Shown one piece after another: positions 31,701 through 47,329 of a stretch of DNA of 64,000 bases. The notes under the pieces are model-generated. The model made no database searches, had not been told where the DNA came from, and saw nothing but the letters and a program-made list of their open reading frames with translations. This DNA is from Eledone cirrhosa (lineage: Eukaryota), in NCBI GenBank assembly GCA_964016885.1, contig OZ024745.1, positions 992,001-1,056,000 on the forward strand, read 5' to 3'. Position numbers and translations under genes: made by a program. Each line of letters starts with the position of its first letter. The first letter of the stretch is position 1.

Positions 31701-34700
31701 CAGAGATACAGAGTACCTATTCTAAACTAGATATATATGGTATTACAACATACAGGGATGCAGTGTACCTATTCTAAACTAGATATATATGGTATTACAA
31801 CATACAGGGATACAGTGTATCTATTTTAAACTAGATATACATGGTATTACAAAATACAGGGATACAGTGTACCTATTCTAAACTAGATATATATGGTATT
31901 ATGACATACAGGGATACAGTGTACCTATTCTAAACTAGATATATATTGTATTACAACATACAGGGATACAGTGTACCTATTCTAAACTAGATATACATGG
32001 TATTATGACATACAGGGATACAGTGTACCTATTCTAAACTAGTTATATATGGTCTTACAACATACAGGAGACAGTGTACCTATTCTAAACTAGATATACA
32101 TGGTATTACAACATACAGGGATACAGTGTACCTATTCTAAACTAGATATATATGGTATTACAACATACAGAGATACAGTGTACCTATTCTAAACTAGATA
32201 TATATGGTCTTACAACATACAGAGATACAATGTACCTATTCTAAACTAGATATACATGGTATTACAACATATAGGTATACAGTGTACCTATTCTAAACTA
32301 GATATATATGGTATTACAACATACAGGGATACAGTGTACCTATTCTAAACTAGATATACATGGTATTACAACATACAGGGATACAGTGTACCTATTCTAA
32401 ACTAGATATACATGGTATTATGACATACAGGGATACAGTGTACCTATTCTAAACTAGATATACATGGTATTACAACATACAGGGATACAGTGTACCTATT
32501 CTAAACTAGATATATATGGTCTTACAACATACAGAGATACAGTGTACCTATTCTAAACTAGATATACATGGTATTATGACATACAGGGATACAGTGTACC
32601 TATTCTAAATTTGATATACATGGTATTACAACATACAGAGATACAGTGTACCTATTCTAAACTAGATATATATGGTATTACAACATACAGGGATACAGTG
32701 TACCTATTCTAAACTAGATATACATGGTATTACAACATACAGGGATACAGTGTACCTATTCTAAACTAGATATACATGGTCTTACAACATACAGGGATAC
32801 AGTGTACCTATTCTAAACTAGATATATATGGTCTTATGACATACAGGGATACAGTGTACCTATTCTAAACTAGATATATATGGTCTTACAACATACAGGG
32901 ATGCAGTGTACCTATTCTAAACTAGATATACATGGTATTACATCATACGGGGATACAGTGTACCTATTCTAAACTAGATATATATGGTATTACAACATAC
33001 AGGAATACAGTGTACCTATTCTAAGCTAGATATACATGGTATTACAACATACAGGGATACAGTGTACCTATTCTAATCTAGATATATATGGTATTACAAC
33101 ATACAGGGATACAGTGTACCTATTCTAAACTAGATATATATGGTATTACAACATACAGGAGACAGTGTACCTATTCTAAACTAGATATATATGGTATTAC
33201 AACATACAGGGATACAGTGTACCTATTTTAAACTAGATATATATGGTATTACAACATACAGGGATACAGTGTACCTATTCTAAACTAGATATATATGGTA
33301 TTACAACATACAGGGATACAGTGTGTACCTATTCTAAACTAGATATACATTGTCTTACAACATACAGGGATATAGTGTACCTATTCTAAACTAGATATAC
33401 ATGGTATAATGACATACAGGGATACAGTGTACCTATTCTAAACTAGATATACATGGTCTTACAACATACAGAGATACAGTGTACCTATTCTAAACTAGAT
33501 GTACATGGTATTACAACATACAGGGATACAGTGTACCTATTCTAAACTTGATATACATGGTATTATAACATACAGAGATACAGTGTACCTATTCTAAACT
33601 AGATATATATGGTCTTACACCATACCGGGATACAGTGTACCTATTCTAAACTAGATATATATGGTCTTACAATATACAGAGATACAGTGTACCTATTCTA
33701 AACTAGATATATATGGTATTACAACATACAGGGATACAGTGTACCTATTCTAAACTAGATATACATGGTATTACAACATACAGGGATACAGTGTACCTAT
33801 TCTAAACTAGATATACATGGTATTACAACATACAGGGATAGAGTGTACCTATTCTAAACTAGATATATATGGTATTACAACATACAGAGATACAGTGTAC
33901 CTATTCTAAACTAGATATATATGGTATTACAACATACAGGGATACAGTGTACCTATTCTAAACTAGATATACATGGTATTACAACATACAGGGATACAGT
34001 GTACCTTTTCTAAACTAGATATATATGGTATTACAACATACAGGGATACAGTGTACCTATTCTAAACTAGATATATATGGTATTACAACATACAGGGATA
34101 AAGTGTACCTATTCTAAACTAGATATACATGGTCTTACAACATACAGGGATACAGTGTACCTATTCTAAACCATATATATATGGTATTACAACACACAGG
34201 GATACAGTATATCTATTCTAAACTAGATATACATAGTATTACAACACAGAGATACAGTGTACCTATTCTAAACTAGATATACATGGTACTACAACATACA
34301 GGGATACAGTGTGCCTATTCTAAACTAGATATATATGGTATTACTACATACAGGGATACAGTGTACCTATTCTAAACTAGATATACATGGTATTACAACA
34401 TACAGGGATAGAGTGTAGCTATTCTCAACTAGATATATATGGTATTACAACATACGGGGATACAGTGTACCTATTCTAAACTAGATATATATGGTATTAC
34501 AACATACAGGGATACAGTGTACCTATTCTAAACTAGATATACATGGTATTATGACATACAGGGATACAGTGTACCTATTCTAAACTAGATATACATAGTA
34601 TTACAACATACATCAGAGATACAGTGTACCTATTCTAAACTAGATATATATGGTCTTACAACATACAGGGATACAGTGTACCTATTCTAAACTAGATGTA

Positions 34701-37700
34701 CATGGTATTACAACATACAGAGATACAGTATACCTATTCTAAACTAGATATACATGGTATTACAACATACAGGGATACAGTGTACCTATTCTAAACTAGA
34801 TATACATAGTATTACAACATACAGAGATACAGTGTACCTATTCTAAACTAGATATATATGGCATTACAACATACAGGGATACAGTGTACCTATTCTAAAC
34901 TAGATATACATGGTATTACGACATACAGGGATACAGTGTACCTATTCTAAACTAGATATATATGGTATTACAACATACAGGGATACAGTGTACCTATTCT
35001 AAACTAGATATATATGGTCCTACAACATACAGGGATACAGTGTACCTATTGTAAACTAGATATACATGGTATTATGACATACAGGGATACAGTGTACCTA
35101 TTCTAAACTAGATATACATGGTATTACAACATACAGGGATACAGTGTACATATTCTAAACTTGATATATATGGTCTTATGACATACAGGGATACAGTGTA
35201 CCTATTCTCAACTAGATATATATGGTATTACAACATACAGGTATACAGTGTACCTATTCTAAACTAGATATACATGGTATAACAACATACAGGGATAGAG
35301 TGTACCTATTCTAAACTAGATATACATGGTATTACAACATACAGGGATAGAGTGTACCTATTCTAAACTAGATCTATATGGTATTACAACATACAGGGAT
35401 ACAGTGTACCTATTCTCAAATAGATATATATGGTATTACAACATGCAGGGATACAGTGTACCTATTCTAAACTAGATATACATGGTATTATGACATACAG
35501 GGATACAGTGTACCTATTCTAAACAAGATATACATAGTATTACAACATACAGAGATACAGTGTACCTATTCTAAACTAGATATACATGGTATTACAACAT
35601 ACAGGGATACAGTGTACCTATTCAAAACTAGATATATATTGTCTTACAACATACAGGGATACAGTGTACCTATTCTAAACTAGATATACATGGTATTACA
35701 ACATACAGGGATACAGTGTACCTATTCTAAACTAGATATATATGGTATTATGACATACAGGGATACAGTGTACCTATTCTAAACTAGATATACATGGTAT
35801 TATGACATACAGGGATACAGTGTACCTATTCTAAACTAGATATACATAGTATTACAACATACTGGGATACAGTGTACCTATTCTAAACTAGATATATATG
35901 GTATTACAACATACAGGGATACAGTGTACCTCTTCTAAACTAGATATACATGGTATTATGACATACAGGGATACAGTGTACCTATTCTAATCTAGATATA
36001 CATGGTATTACAACATACAGAGATACAGTGTACCTATTCTAAACTAGATATATATGGTATTACAACATACAGGGATACAGTGTACCTAATCTAAACTAGA
36101 TATACATGGTATTATGACATACAGGGATACAGTGTACATATTCTAATCTAGATATACATGGTATTACAACATACAGAGATACAGTGTACCTATTCTAAAC
36201 TAGATATATATGGTATTACAACATACAGGGATACAGTGTACCTATTCTGAACTAGATATATATGGTATAACAACATACAGGGATAGAGTGTACCCATTGT
36301 AAACTAGATATATATGGTTTTACAACATACAGTGTACCTATTGTAAAGTAGATATACATGGTATTACAACATACAGGGATACAGTGTACCTATTCTAAAC
36401 TTGATATATATGGTCTTATGACATACAGGGGTACAGTGTACCTATTCTAAACTAGATATATATTGTCTTACAACATACAGGGATACAGTGTACCTATTCT
36501 AAACTAGATATACATGGTATTACAACATACAGGGATACAGTGTACCTATTCTAAACTAGATATACATGGTATTACAACATACAGGGATAGAGTGTACCTA
36601 TTCTAAACTAGATCTATATGGTATTACAACATACAGGGATACAGTGTACCTATTCTCAACTAGATATATATGGTATTACAACATGCAGGGATACAGTGTA
36701 CCTATTCTAAACTAGATATACATGGTATTATGACATACAGGGATACAGTGTACCTATTCTAAACAAGATATACATAGTATTACAACATACAGAGATACAG
36801 TGTACCTATTCTAAACTAGATATACATGGTATTACAACATACAGGGATACAGTGTACCTATTCAAAACTAGATATATATTGTATCACAACATACAGGGAT
36901 ACAGTGTACCTATTCTAAACTAGATATACATGGTATTACAACATACAGGGATACAGTGTACCTATTCTAAACTAGATATATATGGTATTATGACATACAG
37001 GGATACAGTGTACCTATTCTAAACTAGATATACATGGTATTATGACATACAGGGATACAGTGTACCTATTCTAAACTAGATATACATAGTATTACAACAT
37101 ACAGGGATACAGTGTACCTATTCTAAACTAGATATATATGGTATTACAACATACAGGGATACAGTGTACCTCTTCTAAACTAGATATACATGGTATTATG
37201 ACATACAGGGATACAGTGTACCTATTCTAATCTAGATATACATGGTATTACAACATACAGAGATACAGTGTACCTATTCTAAACTAGATATATATGGTAT
37301 TACAACATACAGGGATACAGTGTACCGATTCTAAACTTGATATATATGGTCTTATGACATACAGGGATACAGTGTACCTATTCTAAACTAGATATACATG
37401 GTATTATGACATACAGGGATACAGTGTACCTATTCTAAACTAGATATACATAGTATTACAACATACAGGGATACAGTGTACCTATTCTAAACCAGATATA
37501 CATGGTATTACAACATACAGGGATACAGTGTACCTATTCTAAACTAGATATATATGGTCTTACAACATACAGGGATACAGCGTACTTATTCTAAACTAGA
37601 TATACATGGTATTATGACATACAGGGATACAGTGTACCTATTCTAAACTAGATATACGTAGTATTACAACATACAGAGATACAGTGTACCTATTCTAAAC

Positions 37701-40683
37701 TAGATATATATGGTCTTACAACATACAGGGATACAGCGTACCTATTCTAAACTAGATATACATGGTATTACAACATACAGGGATACAGTGTACCTATTCT
37801 AAACTAGATATACATGGTATTACAACACACAGGGATACAGTGTACCTATTCTAAACTAGATATACATGGTCTTACAACATACAGGGATACAGTGTACCTA
37901 TTCTAAACCAGATATATATGGTATTACAACACACAGGGATACAGTGTACCTATTCTAAACTAGATATACATAGTATTACAACATACAGAGATACAGTGTA
38001 TCTATTCTAAACTACATATACATGGTATTACAACATACAGGGATACAGTGTACCTATTCTAAATCAGATATACGTGGTATTACAACATACAGGGATACAG
38101 TGTAACTATTGTAAACTAGATATACATGTTATTATGACATACAGGGATACAGTGTACCTATTCTAAACTAGATACACATGGTATTACAACATACAGGGAT
38201 ACAGTGTACCTATTCTAAACTAGATATACATGGTATTATGACATGCAAGGATACAGTGTACCTATTCTAAACTAGATATACATAGTATTACAACATACAG
38301 AGATACAGTGTACCTATTCTAAACTAGATATATATTATCTTACAACATACAGGGATACAGTGTACCTATTCTAAACTAGATATACATGGTATTACAACAT
38401 ACAGGGATACAGTGTACCTATTCTAAACTAGATATATATGGTATTATGACATACAGGGATACAGTGTACCTATTGTAAACTAGATATATATGGTATTACA
38501 ACATACAGTGTACCTATTGTAAACTAGATATACATGGTATTACAACATACAGGGATACAGTGTACCTATTCTAAACTTGATATATATGGTCTTATGACAT
38601 ACAGGGGTACAGTGTACCTATTCTAAACTAGATATATATCGTCTTACAACATACAGGGATACAGTGTACCTATTCTAAACTAGATATACATGGTATTATG
38701 ACATACAGGGATACAGTGTACCTATTCTAAACTAGATATACATAGTATTACAACATACAGGGATACAGTGTACCTATTCTAAACCAGATATACATGGTAT
38801 TACAACATACAGGGATACAGTGTACCTATTCTAAATTAGATATACATGGTATTACAACATACAGGGATACAGTGTACCTATTCTAAACTAGATATATATG
38901 GTATTACAACATATAGGGATACAGTGTACCTATTCTAAACTAGATATATATGGTATTATGACATACAGGGATACAGTGTACCTATTCTAAACTAGATATA
39001 TATGGGATGACAACATACAGTGTACCTATTCTAAACTAGATATACATGGTCTTACAACATACAGGGATACAGTGTACCTATTATAAACCGGACATATATG
39101 GTATTACAACACACAGGGATACAGTGTACCTATTCTAAATTAGATATACATAGTATTACAACATACAGAGATACAGTGTACCTATTCTAAACTAGATATA
39201 TATGGTCTTACAACATACTGGGATACAGTGTACCTATTCTAAACTAGATATACATGGTATTACAACATACAGGGATACAGTGTACCTATTCTAAACTAGA
39301 TATACATGGTGTTACAACATACAGGGATACAGTGTACCTATTCTAAACTAGATATACATGGTCTTACAACATACAGGGATACAGTGTACCTATTCTAAAC
39401 CAGATATATATGGTATTACAACACACAGGGATACAGTGTACCTATTCTAAACTAGATATACATAGTATTACAACATACAGAGATACAGTGTACCTATTCT
39501 AAACTAGATATATATGGTCTTACAACATACAGGGATACAGTGTACCTATTCTAAACCTGATATATATGGTCTTATGACATACAGGGGTACAGTGTACCTA
39601 TTCTAAACTAGATATATATTTTCTTACAACATACAGGGATACAGTGTACCTATTCTAAACTAGATATACATGGTATTACAACATACAGGAATACAGTGTA
39701 CCTATTCTAAACCAGATATATATGGTATTATGAGATACAGGGATACAGTGTACCTATTCTAAACTAGATGTATATGGTATTATGACATACAGGGATACAG
39801 TGTACCTATTCTCAACTAGATATATATGGTATTACAACATACAGGGATACAGTGTACCTATTCTAAACTAGATATACATGGTATTATGACATACAGGGAT
39901 ACAGTGTACCTATTCTAAATTAGATATATATGGTATTACAACATACAGTGTACCTATTGTAAACTAGATATACATGGTATTACAACATACAGGGATACAG
40001 TGTACCTATTCTAAACTTGATATATATGGTCTTATGACATACAGGGGTACAGTGTACCTATTCTAAACTAGATATATATTGTCTTACAACATACAGGGAT
40101 ACAGTTTACCTATTCTAAACTAGATATACATGGTATTACAACATACAGGGATACAGTGTACCTATTCTAAACTAGATATAAATGATATTACAACATACAG
40201 GGATACAGTGTACCTATTCTGAACTAGATATATATTGTCTTACAACATACAGGGATACAGTGTACCTATTCTAAACTAGATATACATGGTATTATGACAT
40301 ACAGGGATACAGTGTACCTATTCTCAACTAGATATATATGGTATTACAACATACAGGGATACAGTGTACCTATTCAAAACTAGATATATATTGTCTTACA
40401 ACATACAGGGATACAGTGTACCTATTCTAAACTAGATATACATGGTATTACAACATACAGGGATACAGTGTACCTATTCTAAACTAGATATATATGGTAT
40501 TATGACATACAGGGATACAGTGTACCTATTCTAAACTAGATATACATGGTATTATGACATACAGGGATACAGTGTACCTATTCTAAACTAGATATACATA
40601 GTATTACAACATACAGGGATACAGTGTACCTATTCTAAACTAGATATATATGGTATTACAACATACAGGGATACAGTGTACCT
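21410..40683 (+). repeat. Tandem duplication of a 9,626-bp block (186 monomers): copy 1 about 21410-31035, copy 2 about 31036-40683
   Basis: Rare variants recur at exactly +9626: ctagttat (g 22416/32042), tacagtgtgt (23691/33317), tacgac (25291/34917), gtcctac (25391/35017), accggacata (29461/39087), tataaatgat (30551/40177). 186x52=9672, minus net visible indels of 46, gives 9626. Confidence 0.95.
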
Positions 40684-41509
40684 CTTCTAAACTAGATATA
40701 CATGGTATTATGACATACAGGGATACAGTGTACCTATTCTAATCTAGATATACATGGTATTACAACATACAGAGATACAGTGTACCTATTCTAAACTAGA
40801 TATATATGGTATTACAACATACAGGGATACAGTGTACCTAATCTAAACTAGATATACATGGTATTATGACATACAGGGATACAGTGTACATATTCTAATC
40901 TAGATATACATGGTATTACAACATACAGAGATACAGTGTACCTATTCTAAACTAGATATATATGGTATTACAACATACAGGGATACAGTGTACCTATTCT
41001 CAACTAGATATATATGGTATTACAACATGCAGGGATACAGTGTACCTATTCTAAACTAGATATACATGGTATTATGACATACAGGGATACAGTGTACCTA
41101 TTCTAAACTAGATATACATAGTATTACAACATACAGAGATACAATGTACCTATTCTAAACTAGATATACATGGTATTACAACATACAGGGATACAGTGTA
41201 CCTATTCAAAACTAGATATATATTGTCTTACAACATACAGGGATACAGTGTACCTATTCTAAACTAGATATACATGGTATTACAACATACAGGGATACAG
41301 TGTATCTATTCTAAACTAGATATATATGGTATTATGACATACAGGGATACAGTGTACCTATTCTAAACTAGATATACATGGTATTATGACATACAGGGAT
41401 ACAGTGTACCTATTCTAAACTAGATATACATAGTATTACAACGTACAGGGATACAGTGTACCTATTCTAAACTAGATATATATGGTATTATGACATACAG
41501 GGATACAGT

Positions 41510-43780
41510 GTACCTATTGTAAACTAGATATATATGGTTTTACAACATACAGTGTACCTATTGTAAAGTAGATATACATGGTATTACAACATACAGGGAT
41601 ACAGTGTACCTATTCTAAACTTGATATATATGGTCTTATGACATACAGGGGTACAGTGTACCTATTCTAAACTAGATATATATTGTCTTACAACATACAG
41701 GGATACAGTGTACCTATTCTAAACTAGATATACATGGTATTACAACATACAGGGATACAGTGTACCTATTCTAAACTAGATATACATGGTATTACAACAT
41801 ACAGGGATAGAGTGTACCTATTCTAAACTAGATCTATATGGTATTACAACATACAGGGATACAGTGTACCTATTCTCAACTAGATATATATGGTATTACA
41901 ACATGCAGGGATACAGTGTACCTATTCTAAACTAGATATATATTGTATCACAACATACAGGGATACAGTGTACCTATTCTAAACTAGATATACATGGTAT
42001 TACAACATACAGGGATACAGTGTACCTATTCTAAACTAGATATATATGGTATTATGACATACAGGGATACAGTGTACCTATTCTAAACTAGATATACATG
42101 GTATTATGACATACAGGGATACAGTGTACCTATTCTAAACTAGATATACATAGTATTACAACATACAGGGATACAGTGTACCTATTCTAAACTAGATATA
42201 TATGGTATTACAACATACAGGGATACAGTGTACCTCTTCTAAACTAGATATACATGGTATTATGACATACAGGGATACAGTGTACCTATTCTAATCTAGA
42301 TATACATGGTATTACAACATACAGAGATACAGTGTACCTATTCTAAACTAGATATATATGGTATTACAACATACAGGGATACAGTGTACCTATTCTAAAC
42401 TTGATATATATGGTCTTATGACATACAGGGATACAGTGTACCTATTCTAAACTAGATATACATGGTATTATGACATACAGGGATACAGTGTACCTATTCT
42501 AAACTAGATATACATAGTATTACAACATACAGGGATACAGTGTACCTATTCTAAACCAGATATACATGGTATTACAACATACAGGGATACAGTGTACCTA
42601 TTCTAAACTAGATATATATGGTCTTACAACATACAGGGATACAGCGTACTTATTCTAAACTAGATATACATGGTATTATGACATACAGGGATACAGTGTA
42701 CCTATTCTAAACTAGATATACGTAGTATTACAACATACAGAGATACAGTGTACCTATTCTAAACTAGATATATATGGTCTTACAACATACAGGGATACAG
42801 CGTACCTATTCTAAACTAGATATACATGGTATTACAACATACAGGGATACAGTGTACCTATTCTAAACTAGATATACATGGTATTACAACACACAGGGAT
42901 ACAGTGTACTTATTCTAAACTAGATATACATGGTCTTACAACATACAGGGATACAGTGTACCTATTCTAAACCAGATATATATGGTATTACAACACACAG
43001 GGATACAGTGTACCTATTCTAAACTAGATATACATAGTATTACAACATACAGAGATACAGTGTATCTATTCTAAACTACATATACATGGTATTACAACAT
43101 ACAGGGATACAGTGTACCTATTCTAAATCAGATATACGTGGTATTACAACATACAGGGATACAGTGTAACTATTGTAAACTAGATATACATGTTATTATG
43201 ACATACAGGGATACAGTGTACCTATTCTAAACTAGATACACATGGTATTACAACATACAGGGATACAGTGTACCTATTCTAAACTAGATATACATGGTAT
43301 TATGACATGCAAGGATACAGTGTACCTATTCTAAACTAGATATACATAGTATTACAACATACAGAGATACAGTGTACCTATTCTAAACTAGATATATATT
43401 ATCTTACAACATACAGGGATACAGTGTACCTATTCTAAACTAGATATACATGGTATTACAACATACAGGGATACAGTGTACCTATTCTAAACTAGATATA
43501 TATGGTATTATGACATACAGGGATACAGTGTACCTATTGTAAACTAGATATATATGGTATTACAACATACAGTGTACCTATTGTAAACTAGATATACATG
43601 GTATTACAACATACAGGGATACAGTGTACCTATTCTAAACTTGATATATATGGTCTTATGACATACAGGGGTACAGTGTACCTATTCTAAACTAGATATA
43701 TATCGTCTTACAACATACAGGGATACAGTGTACCTATTCTAAACTAGATATACATGGTATTATGACATACAGGGATACAG
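41510..43780 (+). repeat. Third partial copy of the 36.3-38.7 kb segment, lacking 3 monomers
   Basis: actagatcta at 36607/41827 (+5220). cgtagtatta at 37657/42721 (+5064 = 5220-156). Also shares cgtactt, aaatcagatatacgtg, catgcaagg, tattatctt and tatcgtctt. Confidence 0.85.
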
Positions 43781-44388
43781 CGTACCTATTGTAAACTAGA
43801 TATACATGGTATTATGACATACAGGGACAGTGTACCTATTCTAAATCAGATATACGTGGTATTACAACATACAGGGATTCAGTGTACCTATTGTAAACTA
43901 GATATACATGTTATTATGACATACAGGGATACAGTGTAACTATTCTAAACTAGAAATACATGGTATAACAACATAAAGGGATAGAGTGTACCTATTCTAA
44001 ACTAGATATATATGGTATTACAACATACAGGGATACAGTGTACCTATTCTAAATTAGATATACATAGTATTACAACATACAGGGATACAGTGTACCTATT
44101 CTAAACTAGATATACATGGTATTACAACATACAGGGATACAGTGTACCTATTCTAAACTAGATATACATGGTATTACAACATACAGGGATACAGTGTACC
44201 TATTCTAAACTAGATATATATGGTATTACAACATACAGGGATAGAGTGTACCTATTCTAAACTAGATATACATGGTATTACAACATACAGGGATACAGTG
44301 TACCTATTCTAAACTAGATATATATGGTATTACAACATACAGGGATAGAGTGTACCTATTCTAAATTAGATATACATAGTATTACAAC

Positions 44389-44406
44389 ATACAGGGTACC
44401 CTGTAT
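44389..44406. other. Perfect 18-bp palindrome ATACAGGGTACCCTGTAT at a truncated (24-bp) monomer junction
   Basis: Read directly: ...acaac ATACAGGG TA CCCTGTAT tacaac... It is self-reverse-complementary and is the only place I saw reverse-strand monomer sequence. Confidence 0.93.
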
Positions 44407-47329
44407 TACAACATACAGAGATACAGTGTACCTATTCTAAACTAGATATATATGGTCTTACAACATACAGGGATACAGTGTACCTATTCTAAACTAGATA
44501 TACATGGTATTACAACATACAGAGATACAGTGTACCTATTCTAAACTAGATATACATAGTATTACAACATACAGAGATACAGTGTACCTATTCTAAACTA
44601 AACTAGATATACATGTTATTATGACATACAGGGATACAGTGTACCTATTCTAAACTAGAAATACATGGTATAACAACATAAAGGGATAGAGTGTACCTAT
44701 TCTAAACTAGATATATATGGTATTACAACATACAGGGATACAGTGTACCTATTCTAAATTAGATATACATAGTATTACAACATACAGGGATACAGTGTAC
44801 CTATTCTAAACTAGATATACATGGTATTACAACATACAGGGATACAGTGTACCTATTCTAAACTAGATATACATGGTATTACAACATACAGGGATACAGT
44901 GTACCTATTCTAAACTAGATATATATGGTATTACAACATACAGACATAGAGTGTACCTATTCTAAACTAGATATACATGGTATTACAACATACAGGGATA
45001 CAGTGTACCTATTCTAAACTAGATATATATGGTATTACAACATACAGGGATAGAGTGTACCTATTCTAAACTAGATATACATGGTATTACAACATACAGG
45101 GATAGAGTGTACCTATTCTAAACTAGATATATATGGTATTACAACATACAGAGATACAGTGTACCTATTCTCAACTAGATATATATGGTATTACAACATA
45201 CAGGGATACATTGTACCAATTCTAAACTAGATATATATGGTATTACAACATACAGGGATACAGTGTACCTATTCAAAACTAGATATACATGGTATTACAA
45301 CATACAGGGATAGAGTGTACCTATTCTAAACTAGATATATATGGTATTAGAACATACAGGGATACAGTGTACCTATTCTCAACTAGACATATATGGTATT
45401 ATGACATACAGGGATACAGTGTACCTATTCTAAACTAGATATACATAGTATTACAACATACAGGGATACAGTGTACCTATTCTAAACTAGACATACATGG
45501 TATTATGACATACAGGGACACAGTGTACCTATTCTAAACTAGATATACATAGTATTACAACATACAGGGATACAGTGTACCTATTCTAAACTAGATATAC
45601 ATGGTATTACAACATACAGGGATACAGTGTACCTATTGTAAAATAGATATACATGGTATTACAACATACAGGGATACAGTGTACCTATTCTAAACTTGAT
45701 ATATATGGTCTTATGACATACAGGGGTAGGGTGTACCTATTCTAAACTAGATATATATTGTCTTAGAACATACAGGGATACAGTGTACCTATTCTAAACT
45801 AGATATATATGGTATTATGACATACAGGGATACAGTGTACCTATTCTAAACTAGATATATATGGTATTACAACATACAGTGTACCTATTGTAAACTAGAT
45901 ATACATGGTATTACAACATACAGGGATACAGTGTACCTATTCTAAACTTGATATATATGGTCTTATGACATACAGGGGTACAGTGTACCTATTCAAAACT
46001 AGATATATATCGTCTTACAATATACAGGGATACAGTGTACCTATTCTAAACTAGATATACATGGTATTACAACATACAGGGATACAGTGTACCTATTCTA
46101 AACTAGATATACATGGTATTACAACATACAGGGATAGCGTGTACCTATTCTAAACTAGATATATATGGTATTACAACATACAGGGATAGTGTACCTATTC
46201 CCAACTAGATATATATGGTATTACAACATGCAGGGATACAGTGTACCTATTCTAAACCAGATATATATGGTATTATGACATACAGGGATACAGTGTACCT
46301 ATTCTAAACTAGATATATATGGTATTACAACATACAGTGTACCTATTGTAAACTAGATATACATGGTATTACAACATACAGGGATACAGTGTACCTATTC
46401 TAAACTTGATATATATGGTCTTATGACATACAGGGGTACAGTGTACCTATTCTAAACTAGATATATATTGTCTTACAACATACAGGGATACAGTGTACCT
46501 ATTCTAAACTAGATATACATGGTATTACAACATACAGGGATACAGTGTACCTATTCTAAACTAGATATACATGGTATTACAACATACAGGGATACAGTGA
46601 ACCTATTCTAAACTAGATATACATGATATTACAACATACAGGGATACAGTGTACCTATTCTAAACTAGATATATATGGTATAACAACATACAGGGATAGA
46701 GTGTACCTATTCTAAACTAGATATACATGGTATTAAAACATACAGGGATAGGGTGTACCTATTCTAAACTAGATATATATGGTATTACAACATACAGGGA
46801 TACCGTGTACCTATTCTCAACTAGATATATATGGTATTACAACATGCAGGGATACAGTGTACCTATTCTAAACTAGATATACATGGTATTATGACATACA
46901 GGGATACAGTGTACCTATTCTAAACTAGATATACATAGTATTACAACATACAGAGATACAGTGTACCTATTCTAAACTAGATATATATTGTCTTACAACA
47001 TACAGGGATACAGTGTACCTATTCTAAACTAGATATACATGGTATTACAACATACAGGGATACAGTGTACCTATTCTAAACTAGATATATATGGTATTAT
47101 GACATACAGGGATACAGTGTACCTATTGTAAACTAGATATATATGGTATTACAACATACAGTGTACCTATTGTAAACTAGATATACATGGTATTACAACA
47201 TACAGGGATACAGTGTACCTATTCTAAACTAGATATACATGGTATTACAACATACAGGGATACAGTGTACCTATTCTAAACTTGATATATATGGTCTTAT
47301 GACATACAGGGATACAGTGTACCTATTCT

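Noticed and set aside
44389-44406. Palindrome as a transposon footprint, terminator or large inversion breakpoint
   Set aside because: Both arms derive from the monomer itself, orientation is unchanged on either side, and there is no target-site duplication, foreign sequence or U-tract.
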